The translations under genes were made by a program, and so were the position numbers. 64,000 nucleotides of DNA from Bacteroidales bacterium UBA1735. Lineage in GTDB: Bacteria; Bacteroidota; Bacteroidia; Bacteroidales; Paludibacteraceae. The stretch lies in contig DCID01000024.1 in NCBI GenBank assembly GCA_002315745.1, positions 51 through 64,050 of the forward strand, given 5' to 3'. Each line of letters opens with the position of its first letter. The stretch's first letter is position 1. Under the pieces are notes generated by a model. That model saw nothing but the letters and a program-made list of their open reading frames with translations. It did no database searches and was not told where the DNA came from. Shown here one piece after another: positions 37,117 through 47,873 of the stretch.

Positions 37117-38784
37117 TTATAATTGGGTATATAAATAGCGTTTAATAGATTTCTTGGGGGTTTTCTCAAACTCATGTGGATAGAGCGTGAGTCGAGCTAT
37201 CTGCTCATAATGCGCCAATTGCGCATTGAGGTTGCGTCTATTCGTCTCCATGGCGGCCGCCAGCATCTCGTTAGACAAGTGATCCGCATCTACAGACACA
37301 AAATCAGGGCATACCAATGCCACTAGACTGCCGTCACTATGCTTCATCACCAAGGACTCCATGACATACGGCATGTTATTGAGTTTGGCTTCGATCTCCT
37401 CGGGGTAGATGTTCTGTCCCGATGCTCCCACAATAGTCGTGTTATTACGTCCCTTGATGTAGATATATCCATCCTCATCCACGATGCCTAGATCCCCCGT
37501 CTTGAGCCATCCATCAGCCGTGAAGGCAGAACGGGTAGCTTCCTCATTCTTATAGTACCCCAGCATCACATTCTCTCCCCGCACTTGAATCTCACCTATA
37601 CCAGCCTCATTGGCGTCCGCGATACGCACCTCCATGATGTTAGGCAACGCCTTACCGCACGACTGCATCCGATAGTCCTTGCTCTTACAATAACTAATGA
37701 GCGGCGCACACTCGGTCATACCATAACCGGTCGTATATGGGAACTGAATACGGTTGAGGAACGCATCCACCTCGGCATTGAGGGGCGCACCACCGATGAT
37801 GATCTCGTCAAAGTTACCACCAAAAGCGTCCACTAACTGTTGGCGCAATTTGCCTAGCAGCATATCGTCAATCAACGGCATCTTAAGCGCCCAGTTCACC
37901 GACGACTTAGTGAGTAATGGCAGTATCTGCGTCTTATATATTTTCTCGATAATAAGCGGCACCGTGAATACGCAGGTCGGTTTAATCTCTGCCATCGCCT
38001 GTAATAATATCCTCGGCGAAGGAGTACGACCGATGAACCACGCATGGGCACCGGTGGCAAACGTCGTGAGGAAATCAAATGCGCAGCCAAACGCGTGTGC
38101 CAAGGGTAAGAAAACGACTTGCCGGCTCTCGTGGTAAACCACATGATGAGACGAGCAGAAAAGCACGTTCCCCGCCAGTCCGTTGAGCGAAGTGATGACA
38201 CCCTTCGAGAAACCAGTGGTACCCGAGGTATAGTTGATAGATGCAATCTCCGCATTGGACTTATTGGAATAGCGCAAGTCCGAAGGGTGTAAACCTTGCG
38301 GATACTTTTGCTGATAAGCCACCTCAATAGCATCCAACGAAGTGCGAGTCTTATCCAAATGCGCCCTAGAAGCCAAGATCGAGAAATCGGACAACGATAT
38401 CACCGCCTCCACTTGCTCCATCTGTGCCATATCCAAACCTTCGTACAGTATCTCCGAGATGATCAATAACCGTGACTCTGAGTGGTTAATGATATGGAGG
38501 GCATCGTTCGTATTAAAGTCCTGCAAGATAGGCACCACAATAGCACCATAGGTGATGATCGCCAAATAGGATGTCACCCAGTGGCAATTATTCTTACCCG
38601 ACAAAGCAATCTTATCATTCTTCACGATACCCATTTCACGAAAGAGGATGTGCAGTTTCTCTATCTGCACAGCCACATCCTCGTAACGCATCGTCACATC
38701 GGTACCATAATCGGTAAACGCCGGTCTATCCCAGTTCTGTATGATAGACTGACGCAGCGTTTCTATGAAGGGTTGTTCAATCAT
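37117..38784 (-). CDS. AMP-dependent synthetase / long-chain-fatty-acid--CoA ligase (tandem paralogue)
   Basis: INYTSGTTGFSKGV, GYGMTEC, WLKTGDLG. Collinear with 35428-37110. Confidence 0.85.
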   Translation of the reverse strand: MIEQPFIETLRQSIIQNWDRPAFTDYGTDVTMRYEDVAVQIEKLHILFREMGIVKNDKIALSGKNNCHWVTSYLAIITYGAIVVPILQDFNTNDALHIINHSESRLLIISEILYEGLDMAQMEQVEAVISLSDFSILASRAHLDKTRTSLDAIEVAYQQKYPQGLHPSDLRYSNKSNAEIASINYTSGTTGFSKGVITSLNGLAGNVLFCSSHHVVYHESRQVVFLPLAHAFGCAFDFLTTFATGAHAWFIGRTPSPRILLQAMAEIKPTCVFTVPLIIEKIYKTQILPLLTKSSVNWALKMPLIDDMLLGKLRQQLVDAFGGNFDEIIIGGAPLNAEVDAFLNRIQFPYTTGYGMTECAPLISYCKSKDYRMQSCGKALPNIMEVRIADANEAGIGEIQVRGENVMLGYYKNEEATRSAFTADGWLKTGDLGIVDEDGYIYIKGRNNTTIVGASGQNIYPEEIEAKLNNMPYVMESLVMKHSDGSLVALVCPDFVSVDADHLSNEMLAAAMETNRRNLNAQLAHYEQIARLTLYPHEFEKTPKKSIKRYLYTQL

Positions 38785-39167
38785 CGAACAGAACGGGTCA
38801 CTTTATACACTACATACTGACTATTTCCACGCCAAGGCAGGGTACCTAAATAGCGTTTCCAATAGAGTTTAACCTGCTGATTAGGCAGGCTATCAATCGT
38901 AGCAGCCACCACCTCATTATCCACGGAGAACTTAAACTCATTGGACTGAATAGCAGTCGTTACACCCTTGAACCCAGACTGGATCATCTTCCCCTCATAG
39001 GTCTTAAAGATAAATCCCTCCTTTTGGAAATAGTTAATATCTCCCTCGTTCGTGCCCTCGCTATACACGAAGCAGAACTTAACAAAGATAAACAACGCCA
39101 AACCTACCACAATAATGGCAGAAATAATACTTAAACTTTTCGATTTTGTAGTCATAATACACATCAT
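38781..39167 (-). CDS. Hypothetical membrane-anchored protein
   Basis: One TM helix (IISAIIVVGLALFIFVKF). Stop overlaps the next start (ATGA). Start moved to 39167 because the promoter lies at 39206-39237. Confidence 0.4.
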   Translation of the reverse strand: MMCIMTTKSKSLSIISAIIVVGLALFIFVKFCFVYSEGTNEGDINYFQKEGFIFKTYEGKMIQSGFKGVTTAIQSNEFKFSVDNEVVAATIDSLPNQQVKLYWKRYLGTLPWRGNSQYVVYKVTRSVR

Positions 39168-39205
39168 TTTACGACGAACCAACACATAGTTCGCCAAATT
39201 GACGG

Positions 39206-39237
39206 CAAAAGTACAACTTTTTCCCGATATATGCAAA
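39206..39237 (-). promoter_or_regulatory. Bacteroidota-type promoter (membrane protein / acyl-CoA ligase operon)
   Basis: Minus strand -7 TActTTTG (39206-13) and -33 TTTG (39234-37), 20-nt spacer. Confidence 0.6.
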
Positions 39238-39293
39238 TATATCCGCCACTTTTTCCCACTTTTAAAACTTTTAGAACTTTTTCAACCTTTTTA

Positions 39294-39325
39294 TTTGCAT
39301 ATATGCAAAAAAAACCTTACCTTTG
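39294..39325 (+). promoter_or_regulatory. Bacteroidota-type promoter (valS) preceded by phased T-tracts
   Basis: -33 TTTG (39294-97) and -7 TAccTTTG (39318-25), 20-nt spacer. ATG 24 nt downstream. Confidence 0.65.
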
Positions 39326-39348
39326 CGCGTTTTTTTGCAAATACGTAT

Positions 39349-41991
39349 ATGGAATCCAAGTACAATCCTACTGACATTGAAGCCCGCTGGTATCAGTATT
39401 GGCTCGACAACAAGCTTTTTCACAGTACCCCGGATGGTCGCGAACCATTCACCGTTGTTATCCCACCCCCTAATGTGACGGGTGTGTTACACATGGGGCA
39501 CGTGCTCAACGAAACCATACAAGACGTACTCGTGCGCCGTGCCCGCCTCGAAGGCAAGAACGCCTGCTGGGTGCCTGGTACCGACCACGCCTCTATCGCT
39601 ACCGAAGCGAAGGTCATCAAGCGTCTCAAAGAGCAAGGTATCAATAAGTCTGATCTCACCCGCGAGCAGTTCCTTAAACATGCGTGGGAATGGACGGACG
39701 AGCACGGAGGCATCATCCTCAAACAGTTACGCAAACTCGGTTGCTCGTGCGACTGGGAGCGCACGGCTTTCACCATGGACGAGACCCGTTCCAAGGAAGT
39801 GATTCGTGTCTTCTGCGACCTCTATAAGAAAGGTCTCATCTACCGCGGACTGCGTATGGTGAACTGGGATCCAGAGCGTCAGACGGCTCTCTCCGACGAG
39901 GAAGTGATCTACCACGAGGAGCACTCGCATCTGTTCTACCTCAAGTACGAGGTGGTGGAACAGCCGGGTAAGTACTGTATCGTCGCTACCACCCGTCCGG
40001 AGACCATCATGGGCGATGTATGCGTCTGCATCAACCCCAAAGAGGAGAGGAACCAATGGTTAAAAGGATTACACGTACGCGTGCCGTTAGTAGGACGCGA
40101 AGTGCCTATCATTGAGGATCGATATGTGGAGATCGGATTTGGTACAGGTTGCTTAAAAGTGACCCCTGCGCATGATGTGAATGACTATATGTTAGGTCAG
40201 AAATATAACCTACCTATCTACGACACGTTTACTGCTGACGCTCACTTAGCCCTCTCCTGTCTCGAGCCCGAGGTCTTCGAGCGCGTACGCCAGTATGACG
40301 GCATGGATCGTTTCGATTGCCGCAAGCAGATCGTCAAAGATCTCCAAGCCGCCAACCTCGTTGATCATATCGAAGATTATGACAATAAAGTGGGTTACTC
40401 CGAGCGCACGAATGTACCTATTGAGCCGCGTTTGTCGCTGCAATGGTTCATCAAAATGCAGCACTTTGCAGATATCGCTTTGGCACCGGTAATGAATGAC
40501 GACATCGTCTTCTACCCCACTAAATATAAGAACACTTACCGCAACTGGCTGGAGAACATCAAAGACTGGTGCATCTCCCGTCAACTATGGTGGGGTCATC
40601 GCATCCCTGCGTACTACGATGCCGACTTATTAGCCCAGACCGGTTTGGAGAACTACCCCGACGATAAGATCCTGGTCAGCGAGACTAAGCCCGAAGGCAA
40701 CTATGTGCAGGACGAAGGCGCTCTCGACACGTGGTTCAGTTCATGGCTGTGGCCTATGTCCGTGTTTGCAGACAAGCAAGAGCGTGCCTATTACTACCCC
40801 ACCACCGATCTGGTGACGGGTCCCGACATCATCTTCTTCTGGGTAGCACGCATGATCATGGCGGGTTACGAATACGAAGGCAAGATGCCATTCAAGCATG
40901 TTTATTTCACAGGTATCGTGCGCGATAAGTTAGGTCGTAAGATGAGTAAGTCCTTGGGTAACTCACCCGATCCACTCGAACTCATTGCCACCTATGGTGC
41001 CGACGGAGTTCGTATGGGTATATTGCTCTCCGCACCCGCCGGTAATGATATCCTCTACGATGATGCACTCTGTGAGCAGGGTCGTAATTTCTGCAACAAG
41101 ATATGGAACTGCTTCCGCCTCATCAAGGGCTTGGAGGTAGTCGATACCGAGCCTACACACGAAGATCGCGAAGCGGTTACATGGTTCACCATGAAACTGG
41201 CAGAAGCCGAATTGGAGATTACGGACTTGCTACGCAAATACCGTCTATCGGAAGCGTTGATGACCATCTATAAACTCTTTACCGACGAGTTCTCGGGCTG
41301 GTACTTAGAGATGATCAAACCCGCTTACCAATGTCCTATCGCCCGCAAGACGTTGGAGTCCACCATGGGCTTCTTCGAGCAGATGCTCCGTCAACTCCAC
41401 CCTTTCATGCCGTTCATCACCGAAGAGCTGTGGCATAACCTCGAAGAGCGTGAAGAAGGGGCAACGATCATGTCCGAAGATTTATCGGGATGGGATAGTG
41501 ACGAATTGCTTGCTCTGGATAAAGATGGTGCTATTCGCAGCGCTATGGAAGACCTCAAGCAAGTTGTCTCTGGAGTCCGCAATGCCCGCGCAAGCAAGAA
41601 TATCCAGCAGAAAGAGAAGTTAACACTCTATTCCCCAGTCCCACTCTCCGGCTTAGTAGCCAAACTCGCTAACTGCGACATCATGGTTGCCCAAGATGGT
41701 TGCCCCTTAGGAGGAAACCTTACGGAAGGGGCTGCTAAGTTCATCGTCGGTACCACCGAGTATGCCATTCCTATGGATCAGTTCATCAATGTGGAGGAGG
41801 AGTTAGCCAAATTAGAGGCAGACTTGCAGCACCAAGAGGGTTTCCTGCGTGGTGTGATGGCTAAGTTGAACAATGAACGTTTCGTCGCTAACGCCAAACC
41901 CGAAGTGGTCGAACTGGAGCGCAAGAAACAGCATGATGCCGAGCAGCGTATTGCTACCATTCATGCCTCCATCGCTGCGCTGAAGAAATAA
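39349..41991 (+). CDS. valS: Valine--tRNA ligase
   Basis: HIGH motif [19 protein letters not shown]-terminal coiled coil. Start at [18 protein letters not shown]. Confidence 0.93.
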   Translation: MESKYNPTDIEARWYQYWLDNKLFHSTPDGREPFTVVIPPPNVTGVLHMGHVLNETIQDVLVRRARLEGKNACWVPGTDHASIATEAKVIKRLKEQGINKSDLTREQFLKHAWEWTDEHGGIILKQLRKLGCSCDWERTAFTMDETRSKEVIRVFCDLYKKGLIYRGLRMVNWDPERQTALSDEEVIYHEEHSHLFYLKYEVVEQPGKYCIVATTRPETIMGDVCVCINPKEERNQWLKGLHVRVPLVGREVPIIEDRYVEIGFGTGCLKVTPAHDVNDYMLGQKYNLPIYDTFTADAHLALSCLEPEVFERVRQYDGMDRFDCRKQIVKDLQAANLVDHIEDYDNKVGYSERTNVPIEPRLSLQWFIKMQHFADIALAPVMNDDIVFYPTKYKNTYRNWLENIKDWCISRQLWWGHRIPAYYDADLLAQTGLENYPDDKILVSETKPEGNYVQDEGALDTWFSSWLWPMSVFADKQERAYYYPTTDLVTGPDIIFFWVARMIMAGYEYEGKMPFKHVYFTGIVRDKLGRKMSKSLGNSPDPLELIATYGADGVRMGILLSAPAGNDILYDDALCEQGRNFCNKIWNCFRLIKGLEVVDTEPTHEDREAVTWFTMKLAEAELEITDLLRKYRLSEALMTIYKLFTDEFSGWYLEMIKPAYQCPIARKTLESTMGFFEQMLRQLHPFMPFITEELWHNLEEREEGATIMSEDLSGWDSDELLALDKDGAIRSAMEDLKQVVSGVRNARASKNIQQKEKLTLYSPVPLSGLVAKLANCDIMVAQDGCPLGGNLTEGAAKFIVGTTEYAIPMDQFINVEEELAKLEADLQHQEGFLRGVMAKLNNERFVANAKPEVVELERKKQHDAEQRIATIHASIAALKK

Positions 41992-42007
41992 TTGTACATC
42001 GATCCTT

Positions 42008-43063
42008 GTGAATCGTGCACCCTATTACATATTAGGCCCCTGTGCCGCAGAGACGGAGGAACAGACGTTAGCGACTGCGAAAGCCATTGCCCAAGTGATG
42101 GCTCAGCAAGGTGTATCCCATTGGATCTTCCGGGCTGGGTTATGGAAACCTCGCACCTCGCCAACCACCTTCCAAGGTATTGGTAACGAAGGACTGGCAT
42201 GGCTACAACGTATTCAGAACGAGTTAGGTCTTCCCTGCGCTACGGAGGTAGCCACCCCTGACCAACTGCGCGCCGCCTTAGACGCCGGTATACGCCATCT
42301 CTGGATCGGTGCGCGCACTAGCGCCAACCCTATCCAAGTTCAGACCCTCGCGGACGCTCTCAATGCCTACCTCGCAAACAGTAGCGAAGCGATTCGTATA
42401 TACATCAAGAACCCTGTCAACAACGACCCTGCCCTCTGGATCGGTAACATCCAGCGTTTCCAAGAAGCCCTTAATCTCTCCCCCTATGAGGGGGAGTCGG
42501 AGGGGGTCTTTGCCGTCCATCGCGGCTGCAATCATCGGCCTTGTTGGGAAATGGCCTATACGCTCCGTCAGCAACTACCCGCTATCCCTCTCCTACTCGA
42601 TCCCAGTCACATGAGTGGCGATGTTCATCAGGTAGCCTCTCTGTGCCACATCGCCGAGCAGTTGGAGTACGATGGTTACATGATCGAAGTCCATCCCGAT
42701 CCCGCTCACGCCCTCTCCGATGCGCGTCAGCAGCTCACCCCCGAGCAGTTAGATGACTTACTAATCGGGCAAAGCCCTACGAATCGGACGAATATTAGTG
42801 GCGCAACTCCGCTGCGCTGGCTCCGCCAGATGATGGACGAAGTGGATAATGAACTATGGAACGCGATTGCCAAACGAATGGAAGTTAGCCGCCGTATAGG
42901 TGCCTATAAGCGCGAGCAGCATATGGACATCGTCCAACCCACGCGTTATGAGCAGATGCTCGCAGCCCGTCTCGATTGGGCACAATCTCACGACTTAGAC
43001 GCCAACACCGTCCGCGCCATCATGGATGCTCTGCACCAAGCCAGCATCCGTATCCAGCAATAA
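42008..43063 (+). CDS. Bifunctional 3-deoxy-7-phosphoheptulonate synthase / chorismate mutase type II
   Basis: N-terminal ILGPCAAETEEQ (type I-beta DAHP synthase-like). C-terminal CM_2-like LRWLRQMMDEVDNELWNAIAKRMEVSRRIGAYK. GTG start. Confidence 0.6.
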   Translation: MNRAPYYILGPCAAETEEQTLATAKAIAQVMAQQGVSHWIFRAGLWKPRTSPTTFQGIGNEGLAWLQRIQNELGLPCATEVATPDQLRAALDAGIRHLWIGARTSANPIQVQTLADALNAYLANSSEAIRIYIKNPVNNDPALWIGNIQRFQEALNLSPYEGESEGVFAVHRGCNHRPCWEMAYTLRQQLPAIPLLLDPSHMSGDVHQVASLCHIAEQLEYDGYMIEVHPDPAHALSDARQQLTPEQLDDLLIGQSPTNRTNISGATPLRWLRQMMDEVDNELWNAIAKRMEVSRRIGAYKREQHMDIVQPTRYEQMLAARLDWAQSHDLDANTVRAIMDALHQASIRIQQ

Positions 43064-43103
43064 CACAGACTTTTCGCAACATCTCCGCGACTTTTTCCGT
43101 ACA

Positions 43104-43577
43104 TTAGAGCTCGATGTGGGTGATGAGTAGAGTGAGGGTACCAGCGGGAACGGAGATGATGACTTCATCGCCTATGGTATGCCCATTGAGGGCTTCACCG
43201 ATGGGGGATTTGATGGACAGTTTGCCTGCCGCCATGTCGGCTTCGTGTGGGTTAACGATCGTGTAAGTGCGTTGCGCCCCAGTGGCTTTATTGGTCACTG
43301 TGACCTTGCGAAACAGACCGACGGTGTCGGCATTCAGTTGAGTCTTATCGATGACCTTGGCATACTGCAAGACGCGTTGTAGAAAACGGATACGCCCCAT
43401 CATCTTACCTTGCTCGCGCTTGCAAGCATGGTACTCAAAATTCTCACTGAGATCACCTTGTGCCCGCGCGTCGGACAACTCCTGCGTCAGACGCGGGAAC
43501 TCAACCTTAATCAGTCTGTCGAGTTCGGCTAATAACTCATTATATCGTTCTTGTGAGAGGTATTCCATATGGGGCAT
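43104..43577 (-). CDS. greA: Transcription elongation factor GreA
   Basis: GDLSENFEYHACKREQ and C-terminal ...SPIGEALNGHTIGDEV. Alternative start at 43568. Confidence 0.88.
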   Translation of the reverse strand: MPHMEYLSQERYNELLAELDRLIKVEFPRLTQELSDARAQGDLSENFEYHACKREQGKMMGRIRFLQRVLQYAKVIDKTQLNADTVGLFRKVTVTNKATGAQRTYTIVNPHEADMAAGKLSIKSPIGEALNGHTIGDEVIISVPAGTLTLLITHIEL

Positions 43578-43594
43578 CTATCCAATTAGTGGTG

Positions 43595-43626
43595 CAAAAG
43601 TACTGCTTTTTTTTGATATATGCAAA
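43595..43626 (-). promoter_or_regulatory. Bacteroidota-type promoter (greA)
   Basis: Minus strand -7 TActTTTG (43595-602) and -33 TTTG (43623-26). Confidence 0.55.
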
Positions 43627-43713
43627 TACGGCGACATTTTTGTAAGGGATTTTAACCAATTATACCTTAATCCATACAAAAATTATGCAAAAATTAAAAA
43701 AAATGCAAAAATA

Positions 43714-43745
43714 TTTGTGTATGTCAAAAAAAAGTCGTACTTTTG
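43714..43745 (+). promoter_or_regulatory. Bacteroidota-type promoter (hppA operon)
   Basis: -33 TTTG (43714-17) and -7 TActTTTG (43738-45), 20-nt spacer. Confidence 0.6.
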
Positions 43746-43805
43746 CAACTTGGAATTTGCAAAACAAACCTTAATATATCAATTTATAATTAAATCTACA
43801 AACAA

Positions 43806-46016
43806 ATGGAACTAACATCCCTTATGTATGTCGTATTAGCGGCATCGGTATTGGCACTCAGTTTTGCCTTTTATTTCTACAAGAGTATGCTTCGCAAAGA
43901 CGAAGGTACGGATCTCATGCGTAAGATTGCCCAGCACGTCCGTAGTGGCGCTATGGCGTATTTAAAACAGCAGTACAAAGTGGTGACTATCGTGTTCGTC
44001 ATCTTGGCGGCCATCTTTGGTCTAATGGCGTATTTCCAGTTACAGAACGGTATCGTCTGGTTTGCATTTTTGACTGGAGGTTTCTTCTCCGGTTTGGCTG
44101 GATTCTTCGGTATGAAAACCGCCACCTATGCGTCGGCTCGCACGGCAAATGCTGCCCGTCAATCGCTGAACGCAGGCTTGCAAGTCGCTTTCCGTAGTGG
44201 TGCGGTCATGGGTCTAGTAGTGGTCGGTTTAGCGCTACTCGACATCGCGGGTTGGTTCCTCGTACTGAATGGAACAGGACTGCTCGAAATGGTAGGTGCA
44301 GACGGTGATCTGATCACCATCACCACTACGATGCTGACCTTCGGTATGGGTGCTTCGACTCAAGCCCTCTTCGCACGCGTAGGCGGGGGTATATATACTA
44401 AGGCAGCAGATGTAGGTGCAGACCTCGTGGGCAAGACCGAATATAACATCCCCGAAGACGATCCTCGTAACCCTGCCACCATCGCCGACAATGTAGGCGA
44501 CAACGTGGGTGACGTAGCCGGTATGGGTGCCGACTTATACGAGAGTTATGCAGGTTCGATTCTCGCTACGATGGCTCTGGGTGCATCCGCATTCGCCACA
44601 TCTGCCGTGGAGGGCTTGCAACTCAAAGCCGTGCTCGCACCTTCCCTCATCGCTGCCTTTGGTGTACTATTGTCCATCATCGGTATCTATCTGGTGAAGA
44701 CCAAAGAGGGTGCAGATATGGATCATCTGCTCAAAGCATTGGCTCGCGGTACGAACACCGCTGCGTTCCTCATTGCAGCCGTGACATTCGGTATATTCGC
44801 TTGGCTATTTGGTACAGACACCAATCAGTGGTGGCAAGTATCGCTCTCCGTAGTCGTAGGTTTATTGGCAGGCGTGATCATTGGTAAATCAACCGAATAC
44901 TATACATCCCAATCCTATCGTCCGACACAGAAAGTGAGCGAGAGTTCGCAAACGGGTTCGGCTACGGTGATCATCAGCGGTTTAGGCTTAGGTATGCTCT
45001 CTACCGCTATCCCCGTGGTAACCGTCGGCATCGCTATTGTATTGGCATATCTCTGCGCCAATGGTTTCTCGTTGGAGTTCAATGCCGCCAACCTCTCGAT
45101 GGGTCTCTACGGTATCGGTATCGCTGCAGTCGGAATGCTCTCGACGCTCGGAATAACCTTAGCAACAGATGCTTATGGCCCAATCGCTGACAACGCAGGT
45201 GGTAATGCCGAGATGTCAGGTCTCGAACCTGAAGTGCGTCAACGCACCGATGCGCTGGATGCACTCGGTAACACAACTGCTGCCACGGGTAAAGGTTTTG
45301 CTATTGGTTCGGCTGCCCTCACAGCATTAGCCCTCTTAGCATCCTATGTAGAAGAGATTAAGATCGCCCTCATCCGTACCGGTGAAGCATTGCCTAATGG
45401 TGTCGAAGCGACTAAAGCGACCCTTGTGGACTTTATGGAAGCCTATCATGTCAACCTAATGAACCCCATCGTACTCGTAGGTGTGTTCATCGGATCGATG
45501 ATGGCATTCCTCTTCTGCGGATTGACCATGAACGCTGTTGGTCGTGCTGCACAGAAGATGGTAGAAGAGGTACGTCGTCAGTTCCAAACTATCAAAGGTA
45601 TATTGGAAGGCAAAGCCGATCCTGATTATGCACGCTGCGTGGCTATCTCGACCAAGGGGGCACAACACGAGATGCTGTTACCCTCTATCTTAGCCATCAT
45701 CGTACCTATCATCACAGGCGTGATCTTAGGTGTGGCTGGTGTACTGGGTCTGCTCATCGGTGGACTAGCCACCGGCTTTGTATTGGCTGTGTTCATGGCG
45801 AATGCGGGTGGTGCATGGGATAATGCGAAGAAATATGTAGAGGAAGGTCACTTCGGAGGTAAAGGCAGTGATTGCCATAAGGCTACTATCGTGGGTGACA
45901 CCGTAGGTGATCCATTCAAGGATACAGCCGGTCCTTCGCTCAATATATTGATCAAACTCATGTCGATGGTTAGTATCGTTATGGCAGGCCTTACCGTTGG
46001 ATTCCACCTATTATGA
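43806..46016 (+). CDS. hppA: Membrane-bound proton/sodium-translocating pyrophosphatase
   Basis: GGGIYTKAADVGADLVGK, DNVGDNVGD, GDTVGDPFKDT. About 16 TM segments. Confidence 0.93.
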   Translation: MELTSLMYVVLAASVLALSFAFYFYKSMLRKDEGTDLMRKIAQHVRSGAMAYLKQQYKVVTIVFVILAAIFGLMAYFQLQNGIVWFAFLTGGFFSGLAGFFGMKTATYASARTANAARQSLNAGLQVAFRSGAVMGLVVVGLALLDIAGWFLVLNGTGLLEMVGADGDLITITTTMLTFGMGASTQALFARVGGGIYTKAADVGADLVGKTEYNIPEDDPRNPATIADNVGDNVGDVAGMGADLYESYAGSILATMALGASAFATSAVEGLQLKAVLAPSLIAAFGVLLSIIGIYLVKTKEGADMDHLLKALARGTNTAAFLIAAVTFGIFAWLFGTDTNQWWQVSLSVVVGLLAGVIIGKSTEYYTSQSYRPTQKVSESSQTGSATVIISGLGLGMLSTAIPVVTVGIAIVLAYLCANGFSLEFNAANLSMGLYGIGIAAVGMLSTLGITLATDAYGPIADNAGGNAEMSGLEPEVRQRTDALDALGNTTAATGKGFAIGSAALTALALLASYVEEIKIALIRTGEALPNGVEATKATLVDFMEAYHVNLMNPIVLVGVFIGSMMAFLFCGLTMNAVGRAAQKMVEEVRRQFQTIKGILEGKADPDYARCVAISTKGAQHEMLLPSILAIIVPIITGVILGVAGVLGLLIGGLATGFVLAVFMANAGGAWDNAKKYVEEGHFGGKGSDCHKATIVGDTVGDPFKDTAGPSLNILIKLMSMVSIVMAGLTVGFHLL

Positions 46017-46963
46017 TAACAGTTATTGGAGCAACTAACATAGACATTATTGCAAGTACGAAGACATCCTTCGTTCCGCACGATTCTAACCCTTCGCATA
46101 TTGTAATGGGCATTGGTGGTGTCGGCAAGAACTATGCCCATAACCTCTGCCTACTGGGGCAACATATTCAGTTCGTTACCCTCTTTGGTGATGACCAGTT
46201 TGGCGATATCGCGAAGAAAGAGTGCAAGCGTTTGGGGTTTGACTTACACCTAAGTGCTACTCCCAAGGGTGCTCGCAGTTCGATGTTCCTCTGTGTCAAT
46301 AACAACGATGGGCACATGGAAGCAGGTGCTGCCGATGTGACGCTGATGGAGGAGTTTCTCACGCCGGAGTTCTTAGAGAAACGGATGGACGAGATTAACC
46401 AATCTCAGTTAGTGCTTTTTGATGCTAACCTACCCGTGCCATCGATGGTGTATCTATTGGATCATTGCACCGTCCCCATGATGGCAGACACCGTCTCACG
46501 CCTCAAAGCTATACGCATTGGACAAGCGCTGGAGCAAGCCGAACATCCGCGCTTACATACCCTCAAACTGAACCATATCGAAGCAGAGTATATCTTTGGC
46601 ACAAAGATGGGACAAGACCTAACGAAGATCAATCGCCGATTGCATCAACTCGGTGTGGATTATGTTTACATTACCGATGGTAGCAAAGGTGTTCACTGTT
46701 CCGCGCCTAAGAGTTGCCAACCTAATGAATTGGATCTGACACCCATTGCACCAACATGTATCGTCGATACCAATGGTGCAGGAGATGCGTTCATCTCAGG
46801 ATTGGCGTTTGCTTTCTTACAAGACATACCCTTCCCCGAAGCTGCGGACTATGGTCTATGGGCATCCAAAGCGACCATCGAAGTGGAGTCCGTGGTCAAT
46901 CCCAACCTATTACATGAATTGAATACCCTATTAAAGAAACATATCAACTATCAATTACAATGA
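46013..46963 (+). CDS. PfkB-family carbohydrate kinase (pseudouridine kinase-like)
   Basis: DTNGAGDAF motif. 4-nt overlaps with hppA and psuG. Confidence 0.6.
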   Translation: MITVIGATNIDIIASTKTSFVPHDSNPSHIVMGIGGVGKNYAHNLCLLGQHIQFVTLFGDDQFGDIAKKECKRLGFDLHLSATPKGARSSMFLCVNNNDGHMEAGAADVTLMEEFLTPEFLEKRMDEINQSQLVLFDANLPVPSMVYLLDHCTVPMMADTVSRLKAIRIGQALEQAEHPRLHTLKLNHIEAEYIFGTKMGQDLTKINRRLHQLGVDYVYITDGSKGVHCSAPKSCQPNELDLTPIAPTCIVDTNGAGDAFISGLAFAFLQDIPFPEAADYGLWASKATIEVESVVNPNLLHELNTLLKKHINYQLQ

Positions 46964-47871
46964 ACAAGTATTTATCCTTATCTCCCGAAGTGGAGCAAGC
47001 CTTACAGACAGGTAAACCTGTGGTGGCACTCGAGTCCACTATCATCTCACACGGCATGCCTTATCCACAGAACGTAGAAACAGCATTGCGTGTCGAGCAA
47101 ACTATTCGCGACAATGGTGCAGTACCTGCTACTATCGCCATCATCGGTGGCAAACTTAAAGCAGGTTGTACGCCCGAAGAAATCGAGTACCTCGGTAAGA
47201 AAGGTCAAGCCGTCATCAAAGCGAGCCGTCGCGACCTACCTGTACTCATTGCTCGTGGCGAAGATGGTGCTACGACCGTCACGACAACGATGATCATTGC
47301 CGCTATGGCAGGCATACGCATCTTCGCTACTGGCGGTATCGGTGGTGTACACCGCGGTGCCGAAACAACGATGGATATATCTGCCGATCTCGAAGAACTG
47401 GCACAGACCCCTGTCATGGTCATCTGCGCAGGCGCTAAGTCCATCTTAGACTTAGGTTTGACGCTTGAATACTTAGAGACAAAGGGAGTGCCCGTCCTTG
47501 GTTATGGCACAGAGGAGTTACCCGCCTTCTACACCCGTCACTCGGGCTTCAAAGTGGACTACCGTATCGATAGCCCCGAAGAACTCGCTGCCGCTTTCCG
47601 CGCTAAGATGGAGATGGGATTACACGGAGGTATACTCGTGACCAACCCTATCCCCGAAGAGTACTCTATGCCGGCTGACGTCATCAATAAAGCCATTGAT
47701 GCCGCTATCGAAGAGTCCCATAAGTTAGGCATCAAGGGCAAACAAACGACTCCCTTCCTACTCGCGAAGATCAAAGACCTCACGGGTGGAGACAGTTTGG
47801 CATCGAACATCCAACTGGTGCTCAATAACGCTCGTTTAGCGGCTAAGACAGCCGTGGCATTAGCCCAATAA
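46960..47871 (+). CDS. psuG: Pseudouridine-5'-phosphate glycosidase
   Basis: VVALESTIISHGMPYPQN and GGIGGVHRG. Confidence 0.88.
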   Translation: MNKYLSLSPEVEQALQTGKPVVALESTIISHGMPYPQNVETALRVEQTIRDNGAVPATIAIIGGKLKAGCTPEEIEYLGKKGQAVIKASRRDLPVLIARGEDGATTVTTTMIIAAMAGIRIFATGGIGGVHRGAETTMDISADLEELAQTPVMVICAGAKSILDLGLTLEYLETKGVPVLGYGTEELPAFYTRHSGFKVDYRIDSPEELAAAFRAKMEMGLHGGILVTNPIPEEYSMPADVINKAIDAAIEESHKLGIKGKQTTPFLLAKIKDLTGGDSLASNIQLVLNNARLAAKTAVALAQ

Positions 47872-47873
47872 GA

